NCBI GenBank assembly: GCA_963847445.1 | Contig: CAWJZV010000027.1 | Location: 108,518 to 172,517 of the forward strand | Source: an uncultured delta proteobacterium | GTDB taxonomy: Bacteria; Desulfobacterota; Binatia; UBA9968 | DNA length: 64,000 bases | Direction of reading: 5' to 3' | Program-made: the position numbers and the translations under genes | Notes under the pieces: model-generated | The model's database searches: none | What the model was told of the DNA's origin: nothing | What the model saw: the letters and a program-made list of their open reading frames with translations, nothing else | In this document: in pieces, positions 9,806 through 19,949 of the stretch | Layout: every line of letters begins with the position of its first letter | Numbering within the stretch: position 1 is the stretch's first letter

Positions 9806-11113
9806 TCAAAGCTTGATTCGCGCATAACTGCGCCCGGCGATTGGCCGTGAAATTTGCCCAAGCTTTCGCAGTAACAGGAAGAACAGCCCGGTCAAAATTA
9901 TTTCCAACAGCAGCGGGATCAATTTGATGTTGGCGAATGCCAACATTGGCGCGAGAAACCCGCTGACGCAAAGCCAGCCAAGCATGGCGAGCCAGCGCAG
10001 CTCTTTGCGGCCAGCCCAGGGCCCGGACTTGGTCAGGAGCAGTGCGCCTGCGGGCAGGAGCACGCAGAGATCGTAATAGAGCAAGTGGGGCAGAGTAATC
10101 GCCGACAAGCAAATGCCGATGGTCAGGGCGATGGCCAGGCCGGGTAAACTATCCAGTTGTGCTTTGGCAAGTTTAATCGCGTGGCCAAATCCAATGACCC
10201 AGAGCATGGCGGCGCCAAAATAGAGCGGCCATTTCAACGCCGCCCGTTGCGCCACCGGGAATAAAATCATCAAGTTGGCTGGTAAGCCGGTGATGAGATG
10301 GCTCGGAATACCTTGCTGGCCGCTCGAATACATGGCGTCGCTAACCTGGTGGCTCAACAGCCATTGTTGGGTCAGGTCCGGGCCGAATGCCAACAAGGTA
10401 ACGACCAAAAGCCCGATGACCCCGGAGCTCATGCCGATGAACGTCCAATAGCGCCCGCTTACTAGCAGTACCAGCGAGACGAACGCCGCGGCGAGAAAGT
10501 ATTGCGGCTTGAGCAGCAGGATCGACCAAATCACACCCGCGAGCAGCGGCCGATTTTTCACCAACAGGCTGAAACCCAGGCACAGTGGTAGCAAGCCAAA
10601 CGTCAGCCCCAATTGACCGGCCCATAGGGTGAGAAAGATCGGCAGGAATAGGAAGGCCAAAAAAAACATTTCACTGGTCTTCGCCCCTGTGAGCGCTGCG
10701 AGTTCGCGGCAGCACCAGAGCAGCGCCAGCGCTGAAATCGCTTGCCACAGCAGCAACGAAAAGTTGGGATTTAACCAGCCGAAGGGGGCGAAAAAACCGG
10801 CGACCAACGGAATGTACATGTAGGCACCGGTGGAGTCTTTGGGCAGCGTGGGCAGATACTCATGGGCGGCTTTGTCGAACCGTGAGTTGACGAAAGTCTT
10901 GGCGCTGGGATCGGGATAAAGTTCGCTCGCCCGCCCCTCGCTCACCAGACGGCCGGCAACATGAAAGGTCATGATGAAGTCCGATTCGTGAAACTGTTCG
11001 GGCTGAGAGAATAGGTTGTTGTCGATGAGAAAGATGCAGACCGCCAGGGTGAACGCCGTCGCCAGAAAAACGACCGCGCGGTATGGTGTCGAGGCGGTGG
11101 TCCGGTCTGGCAT
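9806..11113 (-). CDS. GT-C glycosyltransferase family 87 (DUF2029)
   Basis: SDF loop after TM1, Y.P, LWAGQ, LLKPQ and PHLLYYDL motifs. Confidence 0.8.
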   Translation of the reverse strand: MPDRTTASTPYRAVVFLATAFTLAVCIFLIDNNLFSQPEQFHESDFIMTFHVAGRLVSEGRASELYPDPSAKTFVNSRFDKAAHEYLPTLPKDSTGAYMYIPLVAGFFAPFGWLNPNFSLLLWQAISALALLWCCRELAALTGAKTSEMFFLAFLFLPIFLTLWAGQLGLTFGLLPLCLGFSLLVKNRPLLAGVIWSILLLKPQYFLAAAFVSLVLLVSGRYWTFIGMSSGVIGLLVVTLLAFGPDLTQQWLLSHQVSDAMYSSGQQGIPSHLITGLPANLMILFPVAQRAALKWPLYFGAAMLWVIGFGHAIKLAKAQLDSLPGLAIALTIGICLSAITLPHLLYYDLCVLLPAGALLLTKSGPWAGRKELRWLAMLGWLCVSGFLAPMLAFANIKLIPLLLEIILTGLFFLLLRKLGQISRPIAGRSYARIKL

Positions 11114-11150
11114 CCTGAGCGTTTAATGATTTCCTGCTGAAAGCTCAGGT

Positions 11151-11897
11151 TCAGTTTTCGCCCATGCCGAGGCGGCCAATGAAAGGCAGTTTGAGGGCTG
11201 GCTTATAGAAATCGATGCCGAAGGTGAATCCGAGAAGATTCAGTTCAAATCCTTCTTCGCGGGCCATGGTCACGCCGAGGACGCCGAGCATGGAAAGCTG
11301 GTAGCCTGTGCCGCTCGGGGCGCGATCGATCATCGAGCCGTTGATCGGGTAGTCTTTGCCGATGGCGGTGGCGGGCAGATCCATGCGCAGTTCAGGCACC
11401 GCGCGGCCGATGAAAGCGACGAAGGTATTGCTATTGGGTCCGGGCCAAAGTGTGTATTCGTTGGCATAAGGATAGTTGGCGACTGCCTCGGTGATCTTCG
11501 GTATCGCTTTGGCGGCGGCGTCGCCGCGCAGATCGGCGATCAACGTCGGAGCGTTACCGAACCAACGGGCGTCCGGGATGCCCGGCGCTGAGAACGCCGC
11601 GGGTAGATCGCGATAAATCCGCCAGCCGATGACTTGATGCACGGTATACTCTGTGGCGTTTGCCGGTTTGGTGGCGATCCAGGTGTGGACGCCGAAAATA
11701 CCGCGCCAATTGAGCGCGCGGGCGAAATAGACTTGCACCACCGCTTCCGGGGTCGACTCAGCGCGCGGCGCGATGCCAGCGCTGGAGCGGTCCGCGGTGC
11801 GAAAGTCACGTCCCTGCGGCGCTTGACCGGAGAGCACGGTATATAGCGGCAGGGCGACAAAGATCAGCAAGCAGATGATCAGCATATGCGGTCGCAT
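11151..11897 (-). CDS. DUF3750 domain-containing protein
   Basis: ADRSSAGIAP, AVVQVY.AR..WRG.FGVHTWI and WPGPNSNTF motifs. Confidence 0.85.
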   Translation of the reverse strand: MRPHMLIICLLIFVALPLYTVLSGQAPQGRDFRTADRSSAGIAPRAESTPEAVVQVYFARALNWRGIFGVHTWIATKPANATEYTVHQVIGWRIYRDLPAAFSAPGIPDARWFGNAPTLIADLRGDAAAKAIPKITEAVANYPYANEYTLWPGPNSNTFVAFIGRAVPELRMDLPATAIGKDYPINGSMIDRAPSGTGYQLSMLGVLGVTMAREEGFELNLLGFTFGIDFYKPALKLPFIGRLGMGEN

Positions 11898-12098
11898 GGT
11901 TCTTGAACTTGGCGCGAAGTATAACGGATAGAAGCTGTGAACACCATAACCGTTATTTCGTCGCAGGGTGCCGGTGCGATTGATATTTCCGTTGGCCGGA
12001 AATAACGAGATTCCGGCCGGCAATCTTCACTTCGACCAGCAATTCGGTTGAATGTCGCAGCGGTTCGGGCGATGATACCGGCAACTGACTGAAAAGCG

Positions 12099-12581
12099 AT
12101 GGCAAAACAGTTTCGTATCGGTCATGGTTTCGACGTGCACCGCTTTCGCCATGGCCGGAAATTGATCCTTGGCGGCGTTGAGATTCCGTCGCCGGTCGGT
12201 TTACTCGGCCATTCCGACGCCGATGTGGTTTTGCACGCGCTGATCAATGCTTTGTTGGGCGCCATGGGCGAAGGGGATATTGGCAGCCATTTCCCCGATA
12301 CCGATCGCCGTTACAAGGGGATTGCCAGCGCCAAGCTACTTGCCGAGGTGCTGGCGATCATGCGGCGCAAGCGTTTTAAGATCGTCAATGTCGATGTGAC
12401 TTTGGTGGCGCAGCGGCCCAAGTTGTCGCCGCACTATCCCGCCATGCGCAAGAGCGTTGCCGGCCTGCTCAAACTCGCCATAAGCGAGGTTAGCATCAAG
12501 GCCGCCACCACCGAGAAGCTCGGTTGGCTTGGCAAAGGGCAGGGAATGGCGGGTACTGCGGTGATTTTGCTCGGTCGTTAG
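12099..12581 (+). CDS. ispF: 2-C-methyl-D-erythritol 2,4-cyclodiphosphate synthase
   Basis: RIGHGFDVH, GHSDADV.LHA, GDIG.HFPD and KA.TTEKLG motifs. Confidence 0.97.
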   Translation: MAKQFRIGHGFDVHRFRHGRKLILGGVEIPSPVGLLGHSDADVVLHALINALLGAMGEGDIGSHFPDTDRRYKGIASAKLLAEVLAIMRRKRFKIVNVDVTLVAQRPKLSPHYPAMRKSVAGLLKLAISEVSIKAATTEKLGWLGKGQGMAGTAVILLGR

Positions 12582-12600
12582 CGCTTTAAGAGGGGCCAAA

Positions 12601-12636
12601 TTGTTGACAAAGAATATTTTCTATAATAATCAACAA
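12601..12636 (+). promoter_or_regulatory. Possible promoter/operator for the Rieske/cytochrome b operon
   Basis: AT-rich island with TTGACA and TATAAT (spacing non-ideal), bracketed by inverted TTGTTGA...TCAACAA. Confidence 0.35.
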
Positions 12637-12648
12637 TCCTAATCTCAG

Positions 12649-12999
12649 GTGACATCCGATACTCCCAATCTTGCGCCGGAAGCGCGCGAACAAGAGATCG
12701 AAAGGTTGGCTCAAGAGCTTGGCCGTCTGATTCAGGGCGCCGACCCTGAGCGGCGCCATGATCTCAAGGAGTTGGCCATCGCGCTGATGCGCGAGGAGTT
12801 CATCCACAAGGTTGAACCGGCGCCGGGTGCGGGGGCGACACCGGCGCCTTTCAATCCACTGGGAACCGGAGTCCTGTTGTTCTTTTTGGGTGGCGGTTTG
12901 TCGTTCATATTCGGCCCGGTCGGCCTGCTGCTGATGCTAGGCGGCGTAATTTTTGTAGTTTGGGGAGCGTTGATCAGCTGGCTTAAGAAAGCGAAATAG
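12649..12999 (+). CDS. Small membrane protein (2 C-terminal TM helices), first gene of the operon
   Basis: Hydrophobic C-terminus; ends 2 bp before the Rieske start. Confidence 0.65.
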   Translation: MTSDTPNLAPEAREQEIERLAQELGRLIQGADPERRHDLKELAIALMREEFIHKVEPAPGAGATPAPFNPLGTGVLLFFLGGGLSFIFGPVGLLLMLGGVIFVVWGALISWLKKAK

Positions 13000-13001
13000 T
13001 T

Positions 13002-13520
13002 ATGGCAGATGCGGAAAAGAAAAAGGGCGGCATTTGGTCACGGCGGGATTTTTTCACGCGTTTGGGCTGGGGCGGATTTGGCGTATTTGGCGGGTTGAGC
13101 CTGCTCGGTTTTCTCCGCTCGGCGTTTCCCCGGGTGCTGTTTCAACCGCCGGCAACTTTTAAAGCCGGGTTTCCTTCGGACTACGCCGTCGGCGAAGTCA
13201 GTGAGAAGTATAAGCAAGACCAGCGGGTTTGGATCGTCCGCGAAGAGACCGGCGTTTATGCGATTTTTGCCAAGTGCACGCATCTCGGCTGCACGCCGCG
13301 CTGGCTCGCCGCGGAGAGTAAATTCAAATGTCCCTGTCATGGCAGCGGCTTTTATAAGTCCGGGTTGAATTTCGAAGGGCCGGCGCCACGGCCGCTCGAC
13401 CGCTTTAAGCTTACTGTCGGCGACGATGGCCAGCTGGTAGTCGACAAGAACAAGATTTTTAGGGGTACGGCCGGGGCCGATCCAGACGAGCAGTATCCCG
13501 ATAGTATTCTCAAAGCCTAG
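13002..13520 (+). CDS. Rieske 2Fe-2S subunit of a Rieske/cytochrome b complex
   Basis: Tat motif SRRDFF plus TM; CTHLGC and CPCHGS boxes; GPAPRPL. Confidence 0.95.
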   Translation: MADAEKKKGGIWSRRDFFTRLGWGGFGVFGGLSLLGFLRSAFPRVLFQPPATFKAGFPSDYAVGEVSEKYKQDQRVWIVREETGVYAIFAKCTHLGCTPRWLAAESKFKCPCHGSGFYKSGLNFEGPAPRPLDRFKLTVGDDGQLVVDKNKIFRGTAGADPDEQYPDSILKA

Positions 13521-13531
13521 CGGAAAAAATC

Positions 13532-14302
13532 ATGAGTCCATTAGAAAAGATCAAAAACGATATCGTTGAAAGCCAAGTTTGGAAGGCGATCTTCCGTCAC
13601 GGTTATGACGATACGCCGCGTAACCGGGTGATGATGGTGACCTCCAACGTGTTCCTCCATCTGCATCCCGCCAAGGTGCGGCGCCATGCCGTGCGCATGC
13701 GCTTTACCTGGTGCATGGGCGGTCTCACTTTCTTGATGTTTCTCATCACCGCCATAACCGGCATCTATCTGATGTTTTACTACCGTCCGGTGGCGGAGTA
13801 CGCCTACGCCGACATGAAGTATCTCGAGTTCGATATGCCCTTCGGCATGCTCATGCGCAACATGCACCGGTGGGCGGCCCACGCCATGATCGTATTCGTC
13901 TGGCTGCATATGTTCCGCGTTTTTCTCACCGGTTCCTACAAACCGCCGCGCGAGTTTAACTGGATCGTCGGCGTGCTGCTGCTCGTGCTGACGCTGCTGT
14001 TAAGTTTCACCGGCTACTTGCTGCCCTGGGACCAGCTGTCGATCTGGGCGGTTACCGTCGGTTCCAACATGGCCCGGGCGACGCCGCTGTTCGGCTATGA
14101 AGGTCCCTTCGCCGAGTTTGTCGGCGCCAATCCGATTTACGATGCCCGCGCCTTTCTCTTCGGCGGCGGCGAGATCGGTCCGCATACGCTTTTACGCTTC
14201 TACATCCTTCATTGCATTTTTATCCCGCTGGTCGCCAGCATCCTGATGGCTGTGCATTTCTGGCGCATCCGCCGCGACGGTTTTTCCGGTCCATCTTTAT
14301 AG
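13532..14302 (+). CDS. Cytochrome b6-like N-terminal subunit
   Basis: WCMGG (heme ci Cys position), HRWAAH...LHMFR, PREFNW, TGYLLPWDQ, RFY.LH-x14-H. Confidence 0.95.
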   Translation: MSPLEKIKNDIVESQVWKAIFRHGYDDTPRNRVMMVTSNVFLHLHPAKVRRHAVRMRFTWCMGGLTFLMFLITAITGIYLMFYYRPVAEYAYADMKYLEFDMPFGMLMRNMHRWAAHAMIVFVWLHMFRVFLTGSYKPPREFNWIVGVLLLVLTLLLSFTGYLLPWDQLSIWAVTVGSNMARATPLFGYEGPFAEFVGANPIYDARAFLFGGGEIGPHTLLRFYILHCIFIPLVASILMAVHFWRIRRDGFSGPSL

Positions 14303-14326
14303 GCAACGCGAAAACGAGGCTGATCT

Positions 14327-15094
14327 ATGGCAGAGGCCGCACAAGAGCGAAAACTTCCGGTCGACGACAAGATTCATACCTGGCCCCATCTGGTGCGGAT
14401 GGAGTTTCTGGTGATGCTGTTCGTGATGATCGGTCTGACGATTTGGTCGCTGACCATCGACGCGCCGCTCGAGGAACCGGCCAATCCGACCAAGACGCCC
14501 AACCCGTCGAAGGCGCCTTGGTACTTTTTGGGCTTGCAGGAGATGCTGGTTTACTTCGATCCCTGGCATGCCGGCGTGGTGCTGCCGACCTTGATCATTG
14601 TCGGTTTGATGGTGATCCCATTCATCGATACCAACCCGAGAGGCAACGGCTACTACTGCTTCAAAGACCGCAAGTGGGAGATCCTCACCTTCATATTCGG
14701 TTTTCACGTTCTCTGGGTCGTGACGATCATCATCGGCACCTTTTTCCGCGGTCCGGGTTGGAATCTTTTCTGGCCATGGCAGCACTGGGATGCTCATAAA
14801 GTGGTCGCCTTGACCAATGTCGATTTGCCCTATTTGCTTGGATTTCGCGATTATTGGCTATCGGCGCTGTTTGGCTTGGTCGCGATCGGTGCCTATTTTG
14901 TCGGCGGCATGTTGCTGTTCTACCTGTTTGTGATCAAGGTCAAAGGCAAAGAGTTTCTTGAGCGCTGGGGCATGGTGCGCTTCACCATCACCGGCGTGAT
15001 TCTTGTCCTCATGATGTCGCTGCCGGCGAAAATGTTTTTGCGCCTCGCGTTTAACGTCAAATACGTCTTGGTTACGCCGTGGATTAATATCTAG
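14327..15094 (+). CDS. Cytochrome b subunit IV-like (C-terminal) subunit
   Basis: PANP.KTPNP.KAPWYFL (PEWY equivalent), IPFID; several TM helices. Confidence 0.9.
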   Translation: MAEAAQERKLPVDDKIHTWPHLVRMEFLVMLFVMIGLTIWSLTIDAPLEEPANPTKTPNPSKAPWYFLGLQEMLVYFDPWHAGVVLPTLIIVGLMVIPFIDTNPRGNGYYCFKDRKWEILTFIFGFHVLWVVTIIIGTFFRGPGWNLFWPWQHWDAHKVVALTNVDLPYLLGFRDYWLSALFGLVAIGAYFVGGMLLFYLFVIKVKGKEFLERWGMVRFTITGVILVLMMSLPAKMFLRLAFNVKYVLVTPWINI

Positions 15095-15097
15095 CGT

Positions 15098-15265
15098 ATG
15101 TTTTACGTGGCGAAAATTCTCCAGGCTTTGGGGCTTGCGGATATCGGATATGCTTTGTTCGTCGGCATCATGAGAAATTCTTCCATGGCGGAAGAAATTG
15201 TTTTGACGCTCATCGGTCTCGGAGTGTTTTCATTGGGCCGCGCGCTGGAGCGCAAGGTGGCGTAA
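15098..15265 (+). CDS. Small 2-TM membrane protein (55 aa) inside the operon, missing from the ORF track
   Basis: Own translation MFYVAKILQALGLADIGYALFVGIMRNSSMAEEIVLTLIGLGVFSLGRALERKVA; fills the gap with 3 bp and 10 bp spacing. Confidence 0.7.
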   Translation: MFYVAKILQALGLADIGYALFVGIMRNSSMAEEIVLTLIGLGVFSLGRALERKVA

Positions 15266-15275
15266 GGGAGTCGGG

Positions 15276-17973
15276 ATGGCGGAACGAGGAGTCGACCCAA
15301 AAGAAGAGAAGAAGTCTTACGGCAGCGCTTTCGTCCTCGGCGCGGGCATACTGGCGGCGTTGTCTCTCTGGGCTTACTTGGATGACAACATCACGCGGCG
15401 CCCTTGGAAAGGCGTCCAGGCGAAATTCTACCGGCTCGATTACAACAAAGCCCAGGCCGCTTACGATGAAGAAGACAAGAAGCTTCAGGCGGACGAGAAA
15501 TACAAAGAACTGACGCAAAAGCTTGCGGCGTTTCAGGCTGATTTAGCGAGCGGCGAGACCGGCAAGAAGCTCAAGGCGCTCGAACGGGAAGAGGCCCGAG
15601 TCACGGTCAAGTTTCAGGAGACCGATCAAAAGGTTAAGGACGTCAAGAGCGAGCTCGAAGAGGCCTGGTACGAGCATGATCACGCGGTGCAGCAAAAGCG
15701 CAACCCGCAACCTTATCTCGATGTCATTGCGGAGCTCGACAAGAAAAGGGCGGTTTTGGAGAAGGAGCTTGAGCCGGTACGCGCTAGGCGGAACCAGTTA
15801 AAGGACGAGATTAAAAAGATCCAGTCCGGCGCCAAGGAAATCGAGAATGAACTTGGCAAAATGACCGGCGAGCGGGACAAATGGATCCGGGTAAAGGAAA
15901 ACGTGACCTTTAAGCTCGGTCCCATGACCTTCTTCAAAATTCCCAAGATCCAACAAGTTTCTCTCGATGAGTTCGACCGCAACCGTTTCGACCAACCGGT
16001 AGCTCGGGTCGATCGTTGCCAGACCTGTCATCTGGCGATCAATCGAGCTGGCTTCGAGAAAGAGGCGAATCCCTTCAAGACCCACCCGCGGCGCGAAGTG
16101 TTGCTCGCCGATAGCGCCCATTCACCGGACCGCATCGGTTGCACCGGCTGTCATGAAGGCCAGGGGATGGCCGTCAATAGTGTCAAACAGGCCCATGGTG
16201 ACGTGCATCTGTGGGAGTTTCCGTTGTTGCGCGGCAGCAAGGTGCAGTCGAGCTGTACCTCTTGCCATCAAGACGTCCAAAAATTCGCTGAGGATGCGCC
16301 GCTACTGGCCGAAGGCCAAAGGCTGTTCGAGCAGGTCGGTTGCACAGGTTGCCATTTGATCAAAGGCTACGAAAATATTCCCAAGATCGCACCAAGCTTG
16401 AAAAAGATCAGCGCCAAAGTCGATCCCGGCTGGCTGGTGCGCTGGATCGAGAACCCGCATAAGTTCCGGCCGCGCACGCGCATGCCGAACTTCGATCTGA
16501 AACAGGAAGATGCAGTGGCGGTTGCCGCTTATCTCTGGTCGCAGTCGAAGGAAGAGGGCGACAAGTGGACCCAGGAACATCCGGCGCCGGCGGGATTCCG
16601 CGAGGGCGACCCCAACGGCATAGCCCAGGGGAAAAAACTTGTCGAAACTATTGGCTGCAAAGGTTGCCATGGGTTTGCTGATGGGGAGTTTTCCACACCG
16701 CTGGGCAAATCTAAGGATATCATTCCCAATCTCAAGGATATCGCGGCCAAGGGCGTCGGTCCGCAGTGGATCTACCATTGGATTAAAGACCCGCGCGGCT
16801 TTTCTCCCGACACGCGCATGCCGAGTTTGCGTCTAACCGACGACGAGGCTTTGGCGATTACCAATTATTTAATGAGCTTGGGCGGCAGACCGGATCCGGT
16901 TGCCGGCATTCAGGAAAAGCTTGCCGATGCCAAGAACATCAAGCGCGGTGAAACTTTGGTCCGCAGGTGGGGCTGCTTCGGCTGCCATGACATCAAGGGG
17001 ATGGAGAAGGAGTCTCGCGTCGGTGCCGAATTAACCACCTTTGGATCAAAAACGGTTGAAGAGCTGTTCTTCGGAAATCGCACCGATGTAAAGCATACCT
17101 GGGACGACTGGACGTACTATAAGCTCAAAACCCCGCGAGGTTACGCTACCGAGCGGATTGAGCAGCTGATGCCGCAATTCAATTTCGACGACGACGACAT
17201 CAAAGCCTTACGGACCGTTGTTGGGCGGCTTCCGCGAGCGTAAAGTCGGCCATCGTTACCTGGCCGATCAAGGGTTGCGCGTCCAACAGGTGGTCGAAGG
17301 GCGGCGCTTGATGCAGCAGTATAACTGCGTCGGTTGCCACGAGATCGAAAATCGCGGCGGTTTCGTGCGCAAGTACTATCAAGAGAATGTGACGCTGGCG
17401 CCGCCGCCATTGAACGGCGAGGGTGAGAAGGTGCAATCGCCGTGGTTCTACAGCTTTTTGAAATCGCCTACTATCTTGCGGCCTTGGTTAGACATTAGAA
17501 TGCCGACCTTCGGCTTCTCCGATGACCATACCACGCAACTGGTGAACTACTTCAACGGCCTGTCGAAGGTCGAGCAGCCGTTTCATTACATCGATGATCG
17601 CAACATCCCGGCAGAGCATATAGAAGCCGCGAAAACTCTGACTTCCGCCGATTATTTCAACTGCTTTAGTTGCCATGTCCAGGGCGCTAAAAATCCTGAG
17701 GGGCCGAAAGACGGTTGGGCTCCTGATTTAGCTATGGCGCGGCAGCGGTTGAATCCCAACTGGATCATCAAGTGGCTCAAAGATCCGCAGAAAGTTCAGC
17801 CCGGGACAAAAATGCCGTCGTTCTATCCGGGCGGCCCGGATAACATCCTCGGCGGCAAAGAAGACTTGCAGATCGAGGCGTTGCGCGATTACCTGATGTC
17901 GATCGGGCGCGGCGGGGCGCCCGCGGCTGCCGCTGCGGCGCCGCAGGTGGCTAAAACAAAACCGGTAAAATAG
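15276..17973 (+). CDS. Membrane-anchored octaheme cytochrome c (apparent +1 frameshift near 17215)
   Basis: Eight CxxCH (CQTCH, CTGCH, CTSCH, CTGCH, CKGCH, CFGCH, CVGCH, CFSCH); N-terminal TM and long coiled coil; ORFs join as ALRT-LLGGFRE. Confidence 0.88.
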
Positions 17974-18043
17974 CGATTAATAGATGAATATCGTAGTAGC
18001 CTGGTCGTCCAACCGATGACCAGTTAGGTCGAAGGAGGAAATT

Positions 18044-18758
18044 ATGAGTAAATTTGGTTTTTTAATGTTGACTACCGCTTTGGTGACGGCGCCGGTGAGC
18101 GTAATGGCGCAGTATAAAGGTGGAGACGTGAAAGACGGCGGATCAATTTCCGGCACCGTCAAATTCAAAGGTACGGCGCCAGCACCGAAAAAGCTCGACG
18201 TCGGCAAAGATAAAGAAGTTTGCGACAAATCGCCAAAGATGGATCCAGTCTTTGATCGTGAAAGACGGCAACCTGGCCAATGCGGTGGTAACGATCACGG
18301 ATATCAAGAGCGGCAAGAAGATCGATGCCAAAAAAGTGACTCTCGACCAAAACGGTTGCGAGTATAAACCGCATGTACTAGCTTTTCCGGCTGGGTCAAC
18401 TGTGGAAATCCTCAATCCTGACGGTATCCTTCATAACGTTCATTCCTATAGCAAGGTTAACACCCCGTTCAATCAGGCCCAGCCCAAGTTTAAAAAGACC
18501 TTGGAAGTGAAGGTTGAGAAACCGGAAGCGGTGGAAGTGAAGTGCGATGTCCATGGCTGGATGCATGGCTGGCTCGTGGCCACCGCCAACCCCTATTTTG
18601 CGGTTACCGACGGATCGGGCAGCTTCAAGCTGACCGATGTGCCCGCCGGTAGTTACACCGTCGAGGTGTGGCATGAAAAGCTCGGCAAGAGCACCCAGAA
18701 GGTTGCGGTCAAGGCGAAGGAAGACGCGAAGGTAAGCTTCGAAGTCGCCGGCAAGTAA
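18044..18758 (+). CDS. Exported carboxypeptidase-regulatory-like/cupredoxin-like protein (frameshift near 18250)
   Basis: Signal peptide; GSISGTVKF, LDQNGC, LHNVH, CDVHGWM and DVPAG.YTV.VWHE motifs. Confidence 0.8.
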
Positions 18759-18778
18759 ACTTTTTCGAATCAGTCGAT

Positions 18779-18814
18779 AAAAAGCGCGGCATCTTCTGGG
18801 TGCCGCGCTTTTTT
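18779..18814. terminator. Bidirectional rho-independent terminator
   Basis: aaaaagcgcggcatcttctgggtgccgcgctttttt between convergent genes. Confidence 0.85.
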
Positions 18815-18828
18815 CATTTTTAAGCCGC

Positions 18829-19518
18829 CTATCTGCTCTCGCGCTCCACCTTGTTCTTAAAGAAATTCCAGGCCCGCTCCATGTCGACCGGCGGCAACGC
18901 TTCGATCTGCCGTTGTTTCGCCTCGTCGATGGTCAATGGGATAGGCGTACCGATTTGTAACGCGCCATGAAGCACCTCCGCCGTCTCTTCCAGATAGATC
19001 GCCATCATTACCGCTTCCGGAATCGTTCTGCCAACCGTCACCTGGCCGTTGCCACGTAGTAGAATAGCCGGACGATCACCCAAGGTTGCGCTGACATCGC
19101 TGCCCAGCTGCTCCGTTGAGATCAGGTCGGGGTTGGTAAACACCGGCACGCCGCCGGCGAAGAAACTGCCGTGATTGTGCACCGGCTCGAGGCGGCGCTC
19201 GGTGACTGAAAAGATATTTGCCACGCGCGCGTGGATGCGGGTGATCGCGTTAACCCGCGGCTTGGTTTTCATGATCGCCGTGTGCAGCCAAGCTTCAAAG
19301 GGCGCCGGGTGGCTTCCTTCGACGATCTCCCCGTTCAGGTTCAGGGTCAGCAATTGCTCTTCGCTGACCATAGCGAGGCTGATCCGCGGGGTGATCAAGA
19401 AGCGGTCGCTGTCGGGGATGCGCGCGCTGACATGACCGAAGCCTTCGACGAGTTTCAGGTGCGAAAGAATCCGGCTGGCGCTGATAATGTCTTTTCTCAG
19501 CTGATTGACGGTGGTCAT
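18829..19518 (-). CDS. Class II aldolase/adducin family protein
   Basis: GFGHVSAR, E..LHTAI, LLRGNG.VTVG; some Zn-binding His are substituted. Confidence 0.85.
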   Translation of the reverse strand: MTTVNQLRKDIISASRILSHLKLVEGFGHVSARIPDSDRFLITPRISLAMVSEEQLLTLNLNGEIVEGSHPAPFEAWLHTAIMKTKPRVNAITRIHARVANIFSVTERRLEPVHNHGSFFAGGVPVFTNPDLISTEQLGSDVSATLGDRPAILLRGNGQVTVGRTIPEAVMMAIYLEETAEVLHGALQIGTPIPLTIDEAKQRQIEALPPVDMERAWNFFKNKVERESR

Positions 19519-19590
19519 GGGACTCCTTTAAAGTCTGAAAATTTTGGGCTATATTACGATGTTCCGATTGCTGGGTTAAGCGAGTCCAAT

Positions 19591-19860
19591 ATGAAAGTCA
19601 AAGTCGAATCTTCTGCTGATTCCAAGGGACAGGAGAGTCCTACCCAGTTCATGCTCGGAGCGCGAACCATCAAGGTCGAAGCCTGCGTGGATCGCTGGTA
19701 CGGCGAGCAAGCTTGCTACTTTCGGGTTCTCGGCAGCGACGAGAACTCCTACATTCTCAAGGGACCCCTTGAAGATGGCAGCTGGGAAATGGTTTCCTTT
19801 ACCCATAAGGACTCCCGCGGTACCGAGTTGGAATACGAAGGCAAAAGGGAACTTCAGTAA
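19591..19860 (+). CDS. Conserved small hypothetical protein
   Basis: MKVKVE...P..F.LG...DRWYGE...YFRVLG.D...YIL...W; ATG at 19591. Confidence 0.65.
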   Translation: MKVKVESSADSKGQESPTQFMLGARTIKVEACVDRWYGEQACYFRVLGSDENSYILKGPLEDGSWEMVSFTHKDSRGTELEYEGKRELQ

Positions 19861-19949
19861 GTCATAGGCGCCCTTTGCCTCTCTAGTTTTTTTCTTCAAG
19901 TCATCTCTCAACGGCGAGAGAAATACAATTCTGGTTATGAGGAAAGACA

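Noticed and set aside
17200-17245. Programmed frameshift in the cytochrome c gene
   Set aside because: No slippery sequence is present, and similar indels occur throughout the window.
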